NCBI GenBank assembly: GCA_014728075.1
Contig: WJMG01000091.1
Span: 13,181 to 77,180, forward strand
DNA from: Candidatus Omnitrophota bacterium
GTDB lineage: Bacteria; Omnitrophota; Gorgyraeia; Tantalellales; Tantalellaceae
Length of the DNA: 64,000 bases
Reading direction: 5' to 3'
Below, piece after piece: positions 36,308-46,077 of this stretch. Made by a program: the position numbers and the translations under genes. A model generated the notes under the pieces. That model was not told the DNA's origin, made no database searches, and saw only the letters and a program-made list of their open reading frames with translations. The number at the start of each line of letters is the position of its first letter. The stretch's first letter is position 1.

Positions 36308-37768
36308 ATGAAAGATATATTCAAAAGCATAGAAGCTTACAGGCTCTGGGAGAAGGAGGAGCCGAGGTCCCCGGAGGATAAGGCTTCTTTTATCGCTGAC
36401 AGGATAGATGTATCCGACCGCGATCTGAACGCTTTTATAACCCTGGACAGAGAAGCTTTTTCCCGCAAGGCCAAGGCGGCTTTTTCGCCGGAAAGGCGTA
36501 AAAGCCCCCTTGGCGGAGTTCCCGTCGCGGTTAAGAGCAATATATGCGTGGAGGGAGAGCTTACTACCTGCGCTTCCCGTATGCTCGAGGGTTTCCGCCC
36601 GCCTTATAACGCTACGGTCATCGAAAAACTGGATCACGAGGGAGCGTTCGTGATCAGCGGTGCTAATATGGACGAATTCGCTTTCGGTTCGTCATGCGAA
36701 ACTTCCGCTTACGGCCCTTCCCGGAACCCATGGGACGAGGACCGCATACCCGGAGGCTCCAGCGGAGGTTCGGCGGTGGCCGTTTCCTCGGGCCAGGTGG
36801 TATGTGCTCTAGGTTCCGATACGGGAGGGTCTATAAGACAGCCGGCCTCCCTTTGCGGAGTAGTAGGTTTTAAGCCTACTTACGGCAGGGTTTCCAGGTA
36901 CGGGCTTATAGCCTTCGCTTCAAGCCTGGACCAGATCGGACCTTTGGCCAGGAATGTGACCGATTGCGCCACCTTGCTGAAGGCTATATCCGGATATGAC
37001 GAAAAAGACTCGACTTCGGTGAATATAGAAGTGCCGGATTATTGCGCAAGCCTGGGGATGGACATAAAAGGGATGAAGGTCGGCATGCCGTCCGAATATT
37101 TCCAGGAGGGGATAGACGGGGATGTTCAGGAAAGGCTGCGGGAGGCCGTAAAGGCGCTGGAAGAGCTGGGAGCGGAGATCCTCGAAGTGTCACTGCCCCA
37201 TACGCGGTACGCGGTAAGCTGTTATTACATAATAGGTCCCGCGGAAGCCAGTTCAAACCTGGGCAGGTATGACGGTGTCCATTATGGGTACAGGGACGAA
37301 GAGGCCCGGGACATGATAGACATGTATGTCCGTTCCAGGACAGAAGGGTTCGGTGACGAGGCTAAAAGGCGTATTATTCTCGGAACATATGCCCTGAGCA
37401 GCGGTTATTACGAAGCGTATTATCTCAAAGCCCTCAAGGTGAGGACCTGTATAGCCGAAGATTTCAGGAAGGCGTTCGAGGTCTGTGACGCTATAGTAAC
37501 ACCTACCTCTCCCACCACGGCTTTCCGTATAGGGGAAAAGAGCAATGATCCTCTTAAAATGTATCTTTCGGACATTTTTACCATACCCGCCAATCTCGCG
37601 GGAATACCGGCCGTGTCAATTCCATGCGGATTGGGCGATAACGGGATGCCTGTGGGCATGCAGCTCATGGCCGCACCTTTTGCCGAAGAGAAATTGATAC
37701 GCATAGCTCACGCTTTTGAACGGAATACAGGCTTTCACGAATTAAAGCCCGGAACGATTGAGGATTGA
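36308..37768 (+). CDS. gatA: Asp/Glu-tRNA amidotransferase subunit A
   Basis: NMDEFAFGSS, GGSSGGS, SDTGGSIRQP, KRRIILGTY. Confidence 0.97.
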   Translation: MKDIFKSIEAYRLWEKEEPRSPEDKASFIADRIDVSDRDLNAFITLDREAFSRKAKAAFSPERRKSPLGGVPVAVKSNICVEGELTTCASRMLEGFRPPYNATVIEKLDHEGAFVISGANMDEFAFGSSCETSAYGPSRNPWDEDRIPGGSSGGSAVAVSSGQVVCALGSDTGGSIRQPASLCGVVGFKPTYGRVSRYGLIAFASSLDQIGPLARNVTDCATLLKAISGYDEKDSTSVNIEVPDYCASLGMDIKGMKVGMPSEYFQEGIDGDVQERLREAVKALEELGAEILEVSLPHTRYAVSCYYIIGPAEASSNLGRYDGVHYGYRDEEARDMIDMYVRSRTEGFGDEAKRRIILGTYALSSGYYEAYYLKALKVRTCIAEDFRKAFEVCDAIVTPTSPTTAFRIGEKSNDPLKMYLSDIFTIPANLAGIPAVSIPCGLGDNGMPVGMQLMAAPFAEEKLIRIAHAFERNTGFHELKPGTIED

Positions 37769-37816
37769 ACGCCTTTCGCGGGCGCGATCAACCTGCAGGA
37801 GAAATCGATTTTTGCC

Positions 37817-39253
37817 ATGGGAAGTAAATACGAAACAGTTATAGGGCTCGAAGTACATGTCCAGCTTGCTACCAGGACGAAGATATTCTGCGGTTGTAGC
37901 ACGAAGTTCGGTGCTGACCCCAACACACAGGTCTGCCCGGTCTGCCTGGGGCTCCCGGGATCCCTTCCCGTTCTAAACAAGAGAGCTTTTGAATACGCGA
38001 TCAAGGTTGCTCTCGCCCTGGAATGCGACATACAGGGTACGGTCAAGTTCGACAGGAAAAATTACTATTATCCCGATCTTCCGAAAAACTATCAGATAAG
38101 CCAGTTCGATATGCCTATAGCTTACAACGGCCGGGTAGTGTTGACTTCCGGCGACGGGGAAAGGGCTATCGGCATAACACGCGCTCACATGGAAGAGGAC
38201 GCGGGGAAGCTCCTGCACGACCAGGACCCCGCAAGCAGCTTTATAGACCTTAACAGGACCGGGACACCCTTGCTGGAGATAGTCTCCGAACCCGATATGC
38301 GCTCTCCCTCAGAAGCTTATGAATACCTTAAGATACTCAAACAGACCATAAAATACCTTGATGTTTCAGACTGCAATATGGAAGAAGGCAGCCTGAGGTG
38401 TGACGCCAATATTTCTCTCAGAACGAAAGGAAGCAAAGCATTAGGGAGCAAGGTCGAGATAAAGAACCTTAATTCTTTCAAGGCGGTGAGGGATGCCCTG
38501 CTTTACGAACAGGAACGGCAGGAAGACCTTCTGGAGGAAGGCGGTGCGGTGAAACAGGAAACGAGGCTCTGGGACGAGAATAATGCCGTTACGCTTTCGA
38601 TGAGGTCCAAGGAGGAGGCCCAGGATTACCGGTACTTCCCGGAACCCGATCTTGTGCCTTTCGAGGTCGGCAGGGAGGTCGTTGAACGGATCCGCTCGGA
38701 GCTGCCGGAACTACCTTCGGCCAAGAAGTCCAGGTTCATCGAATGCTACGGGCTGGATGCCGGGGACGCGGAACTCCTTGTATCCGAAAGGCCTGTCGCG
38801 TGTTTTTTTGAGGCTGTCCTGGAAGAGTGTGACGATGTCAGGTCCGTGCTCAACTGGATAAAGGGAGAGGTGTTGAAGCACTTAAAGGAACACCAGGCAG
38901 GTCTTGACGCGCTTAAGCTGACCCCGTCCGGTCTGGCCTCGATAATAACAATGACAGCCTCGGGCAAGATCAGCGGACTTGCGGCCAAAGAGGTCCTGAA
39001 GGACCACCTGGTCTCGGGCAGACTTCCTTCGGAAATAGTTAAGGAAAAAGGCCTGGAGCAGGTATCCGACACCGCTGAGCTGGACGCTGTAGCCGCCCGG
39101 GTGATAGAGGACAACCCGAAATCCGCCGGTGATTACAGAAGCGGGAAGAAGAACGCTCTGAGCTTTCTTATAGGACAGGTAATGCGTGAAACGAAAGGCA
39201 AAGCCAACCCTAAACTTGCCGGAGAGATACTCAGTAAAAAACTTTCAGAATGA
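37817..39253 (+). CDS. gatB: Asp/Glu-tRNA amidotransferase subunit B
   Basis: IGLEVHVQL, YPDLPKNYQISQ, EEDAGK, DYRYFPEPDL. Confidence 0.98.
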   Translation: MGSKYETVIGLEVHVQLATRTKIFCGCSTKFGADPNTQVCPVCLGLPGSLPVLNKRAFEYAIKVALALECDIQGTVKFDRKNYYYPDLPKNYQISQFDMPIAYNGRVVLTSGDGERAIGITRAHMEEDAGKLLHDQDPASSFIDLNRTGTPLLEIVSEPDMRSPSEAYEYLKILKQTIKYLDVSDCNMEEGSLRCDANISLRTKGSKALGSKVEIKNLNSFKAVRDALLYEQERQEDLLEEGGAVKQETRLWDENNAVTLSMRSKEEAQDYRYFPEPDLVPFEVGREVVERIRSELPELPSAKKSRFIECYGLDAGDAELLVSERPVACFFEAVLEECDDVRSVLNWIKGEVLKHLKEHQAGLDALKLTPSGLASIITMTASGKISGLAAKEVLKDHLVSGRLPSEIVKEKGLEQVSDTAELDAVAARVIEDNPKSAGDYRSGKKNALSFLIGQVMRETKGKANPKLAGEILSKKLSE

Positions 39254-39266
39254 CGAGGACGGGCTT

Positions 39267-40691
39267 ATGAAAAATATCAGGAAAAAGTTTCTTATATTGC
39301 TTGTTTTAACAGGCGTGGTCTATTGCATGGTCACGGGGGTCCGGGCTGAGAACGGAAGTCTGGTGGACGGGAAGAAGGATCTTTTCTCATCTATACAGCT
39401 TTTCGCCGACGCTCTCAGCCTTATCAGTACGGATTATGTCGAGTCGGTAGAGGCCAGGGACCTGGTCTACGGCGCCATTGAGGGGATGATGGGAAAACTC
39501 GACGATTACAGCCAGTTCCTTGATCAGGAGAGTTTCCGGGAGATCACCGAAGAGACTAAAGGGGAGTTCGGAGGCATAGGTATCGAGGTAGGGATGAGAG
39601 AAGGTATACTGACGGTCATATCCCCGATAAAGAACACACCGGCCGCGAAAGTGGGGCTGGAAAAGAACGATAAAATAATAAAAATAGACGGTGAACTTAC
39701 CCGTGGCCTGACGCTCAGCGACGCTGTAAACCTTCTTAAGGGTGACCCCGGTACCCGCGTTACGCTGTCCGTTTACAGGAAAGGCGAAAAAGACCTGAAG
39801 GATTTTCGTATAACCAGAGCCGTTATCAAGCTGGAAAGCATAAAGGATGTGAGCGTGATCGCCGACGGTATAAGTTACATCAACCTGGTCGAGTTCCAGG
39901 AGAGAACGGCGAAGGACCTCAGGGAAACCCTTAACGGGCTTTCCGAAAAGGATGTACAGGGGGTCATACTGGACCTGAGAGATAACCCCGGCGGGCTTCT
40001 GAACGCGTCCATAGATGTCGCGGACCTGTTCCTTCCCCAGGGCGCTCTAATAGTATATACCGAAGGCAGGGATCCGGGGAAGAGGGCGGAGTTCAGGTCC
40101 AAGAAGATCTCCGATTTTGACGGAATGGACCTTGCTTTACTCGTTAACAAAAGGTCGGCAAGCGCTTCCGAGATCCTGGCGGGTGCTGTTAAAGACAACG
40201 GCAGAGGCCTGGTAATAGGAGAAACCACATACGGCAAGGGTTCTGTACAGACAGTTATACCGCTCAAGGACAAGTCAGCGTTGAGGCTTACTACGGCCTC
40301 TTATTTCACCCCTTCCGGGAAAAGCCTAAGGAACACCGGCATAGATCCCGACATTTATGTTAAGAGGGTCCGGCGTCCGGAAAGGGAAAAAGGCCGCAAA
40401 AAAGAGGACCTTTTCCAGAAACTGGCCGCTGAGGGTAAGATCGAGCTTCCCGACGACGAAGATGCCGGGGACGAAGAGGAAAAAGACGGCAAAAGCGACC
40501 GGTCCGGGCTAAAGCACGAAAATGTGACCGTTGAGGTCAAAGATATGCCGCTTTTGGAGGACAACCAGATAAAGGCGGCTTTTGATATATTGAAAGGCAT
40601 AAAACTTTCCCGCAAGGCTTCTGTCCGTCTTCCGGAGGAAAAGACCGGGGAAAGCGGCGGAGCAGAAGACGGGCCGCTTCAGGGAAGATAA
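39267..40691 (+). CDS. Carboxy-terminal processing protease, S41 family
   Basis: GIGIE PDZ, LDLRDNPGG, SASASEI, GKGSVQ. Confidence 0.93.
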   Translation: MKNIRKKFLILLVLTGVVYCMVTGVRAENGSLVDGKKDLFSSIQLFADALSLISTDYVESVEARDLVYGAIEGMMGKLDDYSQFLDQESFREITEETKGEFGGIGIEVGMREGILTVISPIKNTPAAKVGLEKNDKIIKIDGELTRGLTLSDAVNLLKGDPGTRVTLSVYRKGEKDLKDFRITRAVIKLESIKDVSVIADGISYINLVEFQERTAKDLRETLNGLSEKDVQGVILDLRDNPGGLLNASIDVADLFLPQGALIVYTEGRDPGKRAEFRSKKISDFDGMDLALLVNKRSASASEILAGAVKDNGRGLVIGETTYGKGSVQTVIPLKDKSALRLTTASYFTPSGKSLRNTGIDPDIYVKRVRRPEREKGRKKEDLFQKLAAEGKIELPDDEDAGDEEEKDGKSDRSGLKHENVTVEVKDMPLLEDNQIKAAFDILKGIKLSRKASVRLPEEKTGESGGAEDGPLQGR

Positions 40692-40706
40692 CCCCATGGG
40701 GAGCGT

Positions 40707-41585
40707 ATGTTCTCATCCAGGGTCGTGACCGCGATCGCGGGTATTTTTCTTTTGATCCTTTCCGGGTTTCTGGTCTTTAATCATTTTTCGACACGGTCAC
40801 CGGATGAAGGCACAGAACGGTCCGTTCGGTCCGAAAAGAGCTTTGACGAAGAGACCCGGGGTGAACTTGTGATCGTGCTCGACGATTGCGGATACTCAAC
40901 AAGGAACCTCCGGGCTTTGCTTGACCTGGAAGTCCCGGTTACTCTGGCTGTGCTGCCCGATACGCCGTATGCCTCCCATGTCGCCCGTTCGGCTTCTGGC
41001 CGGGGTAAAGAGGTCATAGTACATATGCCCATGGAACCTTTAGACGGGTCCGCGGCCCTGGAAAAAAGTACCGTTAAGTTAGGCATGCGCCCGGAAGAGA
41101 TAAGAAAGATGTTTTCCGACGCTGTAGCGGCTGTTCCCGGAGCGGCCGGGGTTAATAACCATATGGGGTCTAAACTTACCGCCGATCCTTATTCCATGGA
41201 GATACTTTTCGAGGAAATAGGGAAAAGAGATCTTTTTTTTCTGGACAGCCTTACTACCGCCGGATCCGTTTGTTCCGAGATAGGAAACGCTAAGGGCGTG
41301 ACGGTACTGAAAAGGGATATATTCATTGACAATGTGAATGATGAAGACCATATCAAGGGACAGATGGAAAAGATAAGGTCTATTCTTGATGAAGGCGGGA
41401 CCGTACTGGCTATAGGGCATGACAGGCCCGTTACCGTAAGGGTTATTTCCGAATATGTGGACGAGTTCAAGAGTATGGGGGTAAAGTTCACTACGCTCTC
41501 GGCACTTGCCGGAAAAAGGACCGGGCCTTTCGAAGGTTCCGGAAATACAGTGGAGGCTATGTCCCCACCGCGCGAAAGGGACTGA
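40707..41585 (+). CDS. Divergent polysaccharide deacetylase (YibQ-like)
   Basis: IVLDDCG, HMPMEP, NNHMGS, FLDSLT, RDIFID, IGH. Confidence 0.92.
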   Translation: MFSSRVVTAIAGIFLLILSGFLVFNHFSTRSPDEGTERSVRSEKSFDEETRGELVIVLDDCGYSTRNLRALLDLEVPVTLAVLPDTPYASHVARSASGRGKEVIVHMPMEPLDGSAALEKSTVKLGMRPEEIRKMFSDAVAAVPGAAGVNNHMGSKLTADPYSMEILFEEIGKRDLFFLDSLTTAGSVCSEIGNAKGVTVLKRDIFIDNVNDEDHIKGQMEKIRSILDEGGTVLAIGHDRPVTVRVISEYVDEFKSMGVKFTTLSALAGKRTGPFEGSGNTVEAMSPPRERD

Positions 41586-41590
41586 TTCTT

Positions 41591-42604
41591 ATGATAACCG
41601 TAGGTATAGAGACTTCCTGTGACGAGACGGCGGCGGCTGTCGTCTCCGACGGGAAAGTGCTCTCCAGCGAGGTTTCCTCCAGCGTAGATCTCCATTCTTC
41701 CTACGGAGGGGTCGTTCCCGAGATAGCTTCACGCTTTCACTCGGAATATATACTGCAGGTTTTCAGAAAAGCCCTGGATAAAGCGGATATTGGTGCCGGG
41801 GATATAGACCTCGTTTCTGTTACGCAGGGGCCGGGTCTTCCCGGTTCTCTTCTTGTGGGCATATCCTTCGCCAAGGCGCTGAGTTACTCTTCCGGCGCCG
41901 AAATACTGGGGATCGATCATGTGCACGCGCATTTGTTCTCGGGTTTTACGGATGGGATGCCCCCGGAAGACGAACCTTTTACCGGTATGGTAGTTTCGGG
42001 GGGGCATACCAGTCTTTTTTTGTGCCGATCGGTCGAAGATATCCGGGAAACAGGAAGGACCAGGGACGATGCCGTGGGTGAAGCTTACGATAAAGTAGCC
42101 AAGATACTCGGCCTCGGATACCCCGGAGGACCGGTCGTTGAGAGGATGGCCGGGAAAAGTGACGGAAAAGACAGGATAGGGTTTCCCAGGCCCCTTTTGG
42201 GCCGGGACAGCGGACTGGATTTCAGCTTCAGCGGCATCAAAACGGCTGTTCTTTATTACTGGAGAGATTGCCCCCGGAGCGAGAAGGACCTGATCGATAT
42301 CTGCTTTTCTTTTCAAGAGGCGGTATTGGATGTTATAATAGAAAAACTGAAAAGGGCCGTCAGATCTTCGGGCACAGGGAACATCGTTATAGGCGGGGGA
42401 GTGGTGAACAACGGTCCGCTGAGGAGAAAGCTCAGGGCTTTTTGCGAGGCTGAAGGAATAAACCTTTTTATGCCCGATAAGCAATATTGTACCGATAACG
42501 CGGCGATGGTAGCCCTTCTCGGAGAAAGGCTTTACAGGAAAGGCGAAAGGAGCGACCTTGCGATAAACGCCGAACCTTCCGGGTTGACCGGAGGAAGGAG
42601 ATGA
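41591..42604 (+). CDS. tsaD: tRNA N6-threonylcarbamoyladenosine transferase
   Basis: GIETSCDET, GGVVPEIASR, HVHAH, SGGHT, TDNAAM. Confidence 0.96.
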   Translation: MITVGIETSCDETAAAVVSDGKVLSSEVSSSVDLHSSYGGVVPEIASRFHSEYILQVFRKALDKADIGAGDIDLVSVTQGPGLPGSLLVGISFAKALSYSSGAEILGIDHVHAHLFSGFTDGMPPEDEPFTGMVVSGGHTSLFLCRSVEDIRETGRTRDDAVGEAYDKVAKILGLGYPGGPVVERMAGKSDGKDRIGFPRPLLGRDSGLDFSFSGIKTAVLYYWRDCPRSEKDLIDICFSFQEAVLDVIIEKLKRAVRSSGTGNIVIGGGVVNNGPLRRKLRAFCEAEGINLFMPDKQYCTDNAAMVALLGERLYRKGERSDLAINAEPSGLTGGRR

Positions 42605-42605
42605 T

Positions 42606-43259
42606 ATGGAGACCGGCGTAATGGTCATTCGGATACTGCTGGCTACGGTGCTCGGTGCAATAGTCGGCTTTGAAAGAGAGGTCAACGGCTGCGCGGCCGG
42701 ACTCCGGACCCATATACTGGTCTGTCTCGGTTCGGCGGTTTTTATGGTGGCTTCCGTGGTGGTGGCGCCCATGTACGGACATCTGGGAGCGGTCGATCCT
42801 TCACGAATAGCCGCAAACATCGTTACGGGTGTAGGTTTTCTGGGCGCCGGAGCTATAATCCGCTACGGCGCATCTATCAGAGGATTGACGACCGCGGCAA
42901 GCATCTGGGCCGTAGCCGCCGTAGGACTCGTGGCGGGCGCCGGCATGTATATAGCCGCTGTTCTCAGTACGGTCCTGATAGTATGTACACTTTTTCTTTC
43001 CAAGCTGGAGGAGAGAATGGAGCTCAAGCGGGGCGGCAAGAAACTCATTATCCGGCTTTCCTCCGAAGAGGCTGTAGACGCTCAGGATGTACATAAAATA
43101 ATATCAGCTTACGGAGGCAGCGTCCGGAAAGTCGAAAAAGACAGGAACCAGGATGAATACCTTCTTATAGTCGATCTTATGCTTTCAAGGCTTTATCGCA
43201 AGGATGTAGTTTCCGAGCTTCTGAACCTCTCCGGTGTTCACGAAGTGGAATGGAAATGA
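42606..43259 (+). CDS. MgtC/SapB family membrane protein
   Basis: GFERE, AGLRTH, DPSRIAA..V.GVGFLGAG, GLTTAA. Confidence 0.93.
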   Translation: METGVMVIRILLATVLGAIVGFEREVNGCAAGLRTHILVCLGSAVFMVASVVVAPMYGHLGAVDPSRIAANIVTGVGFLGAGAIIRYGASIRGLTTAASIWAVAAVGLVAGAGMYIAAVLSTVLIVCTLFLSKLEERMELKRGGKKLIIRLSSEEAVDAQDVHKIISAYGGSVRKVEKDRNQDEYLLIVDLMLSRLYRKDVVSELLNLSGVHEVEWK

Positions 43260-43299
43260 GCGGATTTTTGTCGTTTACCGAAATAAAAAGGAGGTCGTG

Positions 43300-43857
43300 A
43301 TGAGACGGAAAAAACAACATAAAGAAGAGGCGCTTCCGAAACAGGAAGAGAAGGTCCTGGATGTTAACGCCAGCATGCAGGGGACATTAAGGTTTGATGA
43401 TCCCGTTAATTTGAGGATAAGCGGGAAGTTCGAGGGCACGCTCGATACAAAAGGGCGTCTCATGGTAGGGAAAAAAGCCGATATCTCGGCGGATATAACC
43501 GGTGAAAGCATTTCTATAGCCGGTAATGTAAAAGGCAACATAAAAGCTTTCGGCGTACTTTCTTTAGAGTCGACCGCGGTTCTTGAGGGTGATGTCGAGG
43601 CTGCCAGTCTTTCCGTTGAAGAAGGCGCTGTAATAAACGGAAATCTCAGGATGACGGGGTCCGGATCCTCCGCGCCTTCCGGGCGGGGAGACTGGATGAC
43701 CATCTCGCAGCTGGCAAAATACCTTGAGGTCGAGTCCGCGAAAGTGACCGAATGGGCTGATGGCGGCATGCTCCCCGGCACAAGGGAAGGAGGAGAGTGG
43801 GTCTTCGAAAAGAACAAAGTGGACCAGTGGATAGCTGACGGAAAGGTCAAGGCTTGA
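43300..43857 (+). CDS. Bactofilin (polymer-forming cytoskeletal domain) fused to C-terminal excisionase-like HTH
   Basis: Beta-helical repeats (LRISGKFEGTL, ISIAGNVKGNI, LSVEEGAVING), Gly/Ser linker, then MTISQLAKYL...GGEWVFEKNKVDQWI; SD AGGAGG. Confidence 0.85.
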   Translation: MRRKKQHKEEALPKQEEKVLDVNASMQGTLRFDDPVNLRISGKFEGTLDTKGRLMVGKKADISADITGESISIAGNVKGNIKAFGVLSLESTAVLEGDVEAASLSVEEGAVINGNLRMTGSGSSAPSGRGDWMTISQLAKYLEVESAKVTEWADGGMLPGTREGGEWVFEKNKVDQWIADGKVKA

Positions 43858-43858
43858 T

Positions 43859-44224
43859 ATGCCCGAAAAACTTTTGACACTGGATGAACTTTCGGAATAC
43901 CTCCAGATAAAGAAGAAGACGCTCAACCGCCTGGTGGACAAAGGTGTCATTTCTGCGTACCGGATAGGCGGTGAGCTTCTCCGGTTCAGAAAAGAACAGA
44001 TAGACGCTATAAAGTCCGAGATAGATTCACGAATTGCCGAAAAGGACAGGTTGCTCAGGGAGGAGGGCGATAACCGCACGGGAGCCGAGCGTTTGCGGCA
44101 GATGCGCCGTAAGGGAAACGAATCGTTGAGGGATAAGGTCAGTGATTTCCTTTACTTCAACGATTTTTACATACTCTCGGCATGTATAATAGCTGTTCTG
44201 CTGGTGGTAATATTCCGCAGATGA
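43859..44224 (+). CDS. Excisionase-like HTH protein with C-terminal TM anchor
   Basis: LLTLDELSEYL...AYRIGGELLRFRKEQID; C-terminal FYILSACIIAVLLVVIF. Confidence 0.82.
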   Translation: MPEKLLTLDELSEYLQIKKKTLNRLVDKGVISAYRIGGELLRFRKEQIDAIKSEIDSRIAEKDRLLREEGDNRTGAERLRQMRRKGNESLRDKVSDFLYFNDFYILSACIIAVLLVVIFRR

Positions 44225-44305
44225 GAAGACGGTCCGCGAAGCCCGCTTTCTTCATCGCATTCGCGCTGAAAGCAGCGAGTTGAACTTCAGAAAGATGATT
44301 TGCGA

Positions 44306-45265
44306 ATGAATATCTTTAAAGCCGTATGGGGATCCCTGTTTTTCCTTGCCGTCCTTACCGGGTCCTGTTACGGCGATACCGTTATACTCAAAAACGGCAA
44401 AAGGGTCAAAGGTCTTGTCCTGGAAAGGTTCAAGGACAGAGTGGTCGTTTCCACCTTCGAGGGTGAAAGAACGATAAAAAAATCCGCAATACGCTCGGTG
44501 ATCTACGATACAGACGAAAAAGCTCTTCTCCAGGACGCTAGGAACCTTTTCGTAAGGGGCAACTATGTTGATTCCTTTTACGCTTACGAGAAGGTGCTGA
44601 GCATAGACCCGGCCCATAGCGAAGCCAGGTTAAGATACGATTACCTTAAAGGTTTCCTTGAAGGAAGCGTGCGCGAAGATATCCGGAAGGATGTGGAGTT
44701 GAAACAGGAGGCGGTTACCGGAGGCTCCGGCGGTGATCCCTTGATGAAAGTCCGTGATGACCTGGGGGTCTCTATAGGGACGGCCGGCCAGAAGACCGTT
44801 GTGACCGAAGTGGTTGATGATTCTCCCGCGGCCCGTTCCGGGCTCAAAGAAGGGGATACGATAGTAGCTGTCTGGGGAGAGTTGACGGATTATCGTTCGG
44901 TGGAAGAAGTCGCGGAGATGATGAGCTCTCCGGGAGAAGTGCGCCTTTTGATAGCCCGTGTATACGAGCCGCTTCTCTCCGGTTCCGTATCCATTTTCGA
45001 CGGTATTTTGTTCAGCAGGTACGGCAGGACAATAGGAGGCGCCCTCAGTCTTGAAAAAGAAGGTGTTGTTGTTTCCGGGGTGCGGAAGAACGGCCCGTTT
45101 TCGAGAGCGGGGATAAGGAAAGGCGACAGGCTGACCGAGATCGACGGCGTTGATATTACATATATGCCGATGTCATCTTTGATAAGCAGGCTGCGCAGAT
45201 CGAGAGGAGAGCGTTTGCCGATCACCGTATTCAGGGATATAACGATATGGAGCAGGGAGAAATGA
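44306..45265 (+). CDS. Secreted protein with TPR-like segment and two PDZ domains
   Basis: Signal peptide; DTVILKNG; SPAARSGLKEGD and GPFSRAGIRKGDRL PDZ motifs. Confidence 0.8.
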   Translation: MNIFKAVWGSLFFLAVLTGSCYGDTVILKNGKRVKGLVLERFKDRVVVSTFEGERTIKKSAIRSVIYDTDEKALLQDARNLFVRGNYVDSFYAYEKVLSIDPAHSEARLRYDYLKGFLEGSVREDIRKDVELKQEAVTGGSGGDPLMKVRDDLGVSIGTAGQKTVVTEVVDDSPAARSGLKEGDTIVAVWGELTDYRSVEEVAEMMSSPGEVRLLIARVYEPLLSGSVSIFDGILFSRYGRTIGGALSLEKEGVVVSGVRKNGPFSRAGIRKGDRLTEIDGVDITYMPMSSLISRLRRSRGERLPITVFRDITIWSREK

Positions 45266-45266
45266 T

Positions 45267-45815
45267 ATGGGGGGCATGAGAAGAAGGACGACATTGTTCA
45301 TCGCGAGGCGTTTTCAGATCAGGTACATAACCCTTATCCTTCTTATGATGTTCGCCGTGGTCGGTGTTACCGGTTATACCGTCTATGTCACGACCTGGAT
45401 AATGTTCGGAGAGAAATTAGCGGCGGTTTATCCTCAGGGCCTGCTTCTTGATATCGTAAAACAGGTAAATGCGGTGCTCGTCATGCGTCTGCTGTTCCTG
45501 GTCCCGCTCGTGCTTTTCGTGGGCCTTGTTCTTTCCAACCGTATAGCAGGACCCATTTATCGGATCAAGAGATATCTTTCCAAAGTAGCGGGCGGAGCTT
45601 ATTCCGGGCAGTTGAAGCTGAGGCATAAAGATGAATTGCAGGATCTGGCGGAAGTGATAAACCAGCTTGCCGACAAGCTGGATTCGGACCGTAAAAGCAG
45701 AATGGAAAAGATCGGTCATATGGATAAGGTGATCGAGAAACTCGACCGCGGGGAGATCCCTCCCGCTGAAGCGGCAGATGTCCTCAGGAGTCAGCTGAAG
45801 ACTTTCCGGGAATGA
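45267..45815 (+). CDS. 2-TM HAMP-domain membrane protein without output domain
   Basis: Two TMs; SNRIAGPIYRI...LRHKDELQDLAEVIN HAMP pattern. Confidence 0.8.
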   Translation: MGGMRRRTTLFIARRFQIRYITLILLMMFAVVGVTGYTVYVTTWIMFGEKLAAVYPQGLLLDIVKQVNAVLVMRLLFLVPLVLFVGLVLSNRIAGPIYRIKRYLSKVAGGAYSGQLKLRHKDELQDLAEVINQLADKLDSDRKSRMEKIGHMDKVIEKLDRGEIPPAEAADVLRSQLKTFRE

Positions 45816-45909
45816 CTTTTCGTCTTCGCTGCAGCCGGTCTTCCTTCAGGGCGGGGGCGTTCCCCGGCAGCTCCCTGTTCTCGTCCGGGGATTTATAAAG
45901 CCCGTGAAC

Positions 45910-45941
45910 TTGACAAACCGGGGATATTTATATAATATAAT
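45910..45941 (+). promoter_or_regulatory. Sigma70-type promoter upstream of polA
   Basis: TTGACA 45910-45915, then TATAATATAAT 45931-45941. Confidence 0.6.
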
Positions 45942-46077
45942 TATGCTGACAACGATATGGACTGCTCGTGAACTCCTTTCGCATTAACCCAGACAAACAG
46001 TAATCCGGAAACCGGCACATACCGTATTTCTTTTTACCGACCCCTGAAAAAATAAACCCTCATTAACATACCCCTCA

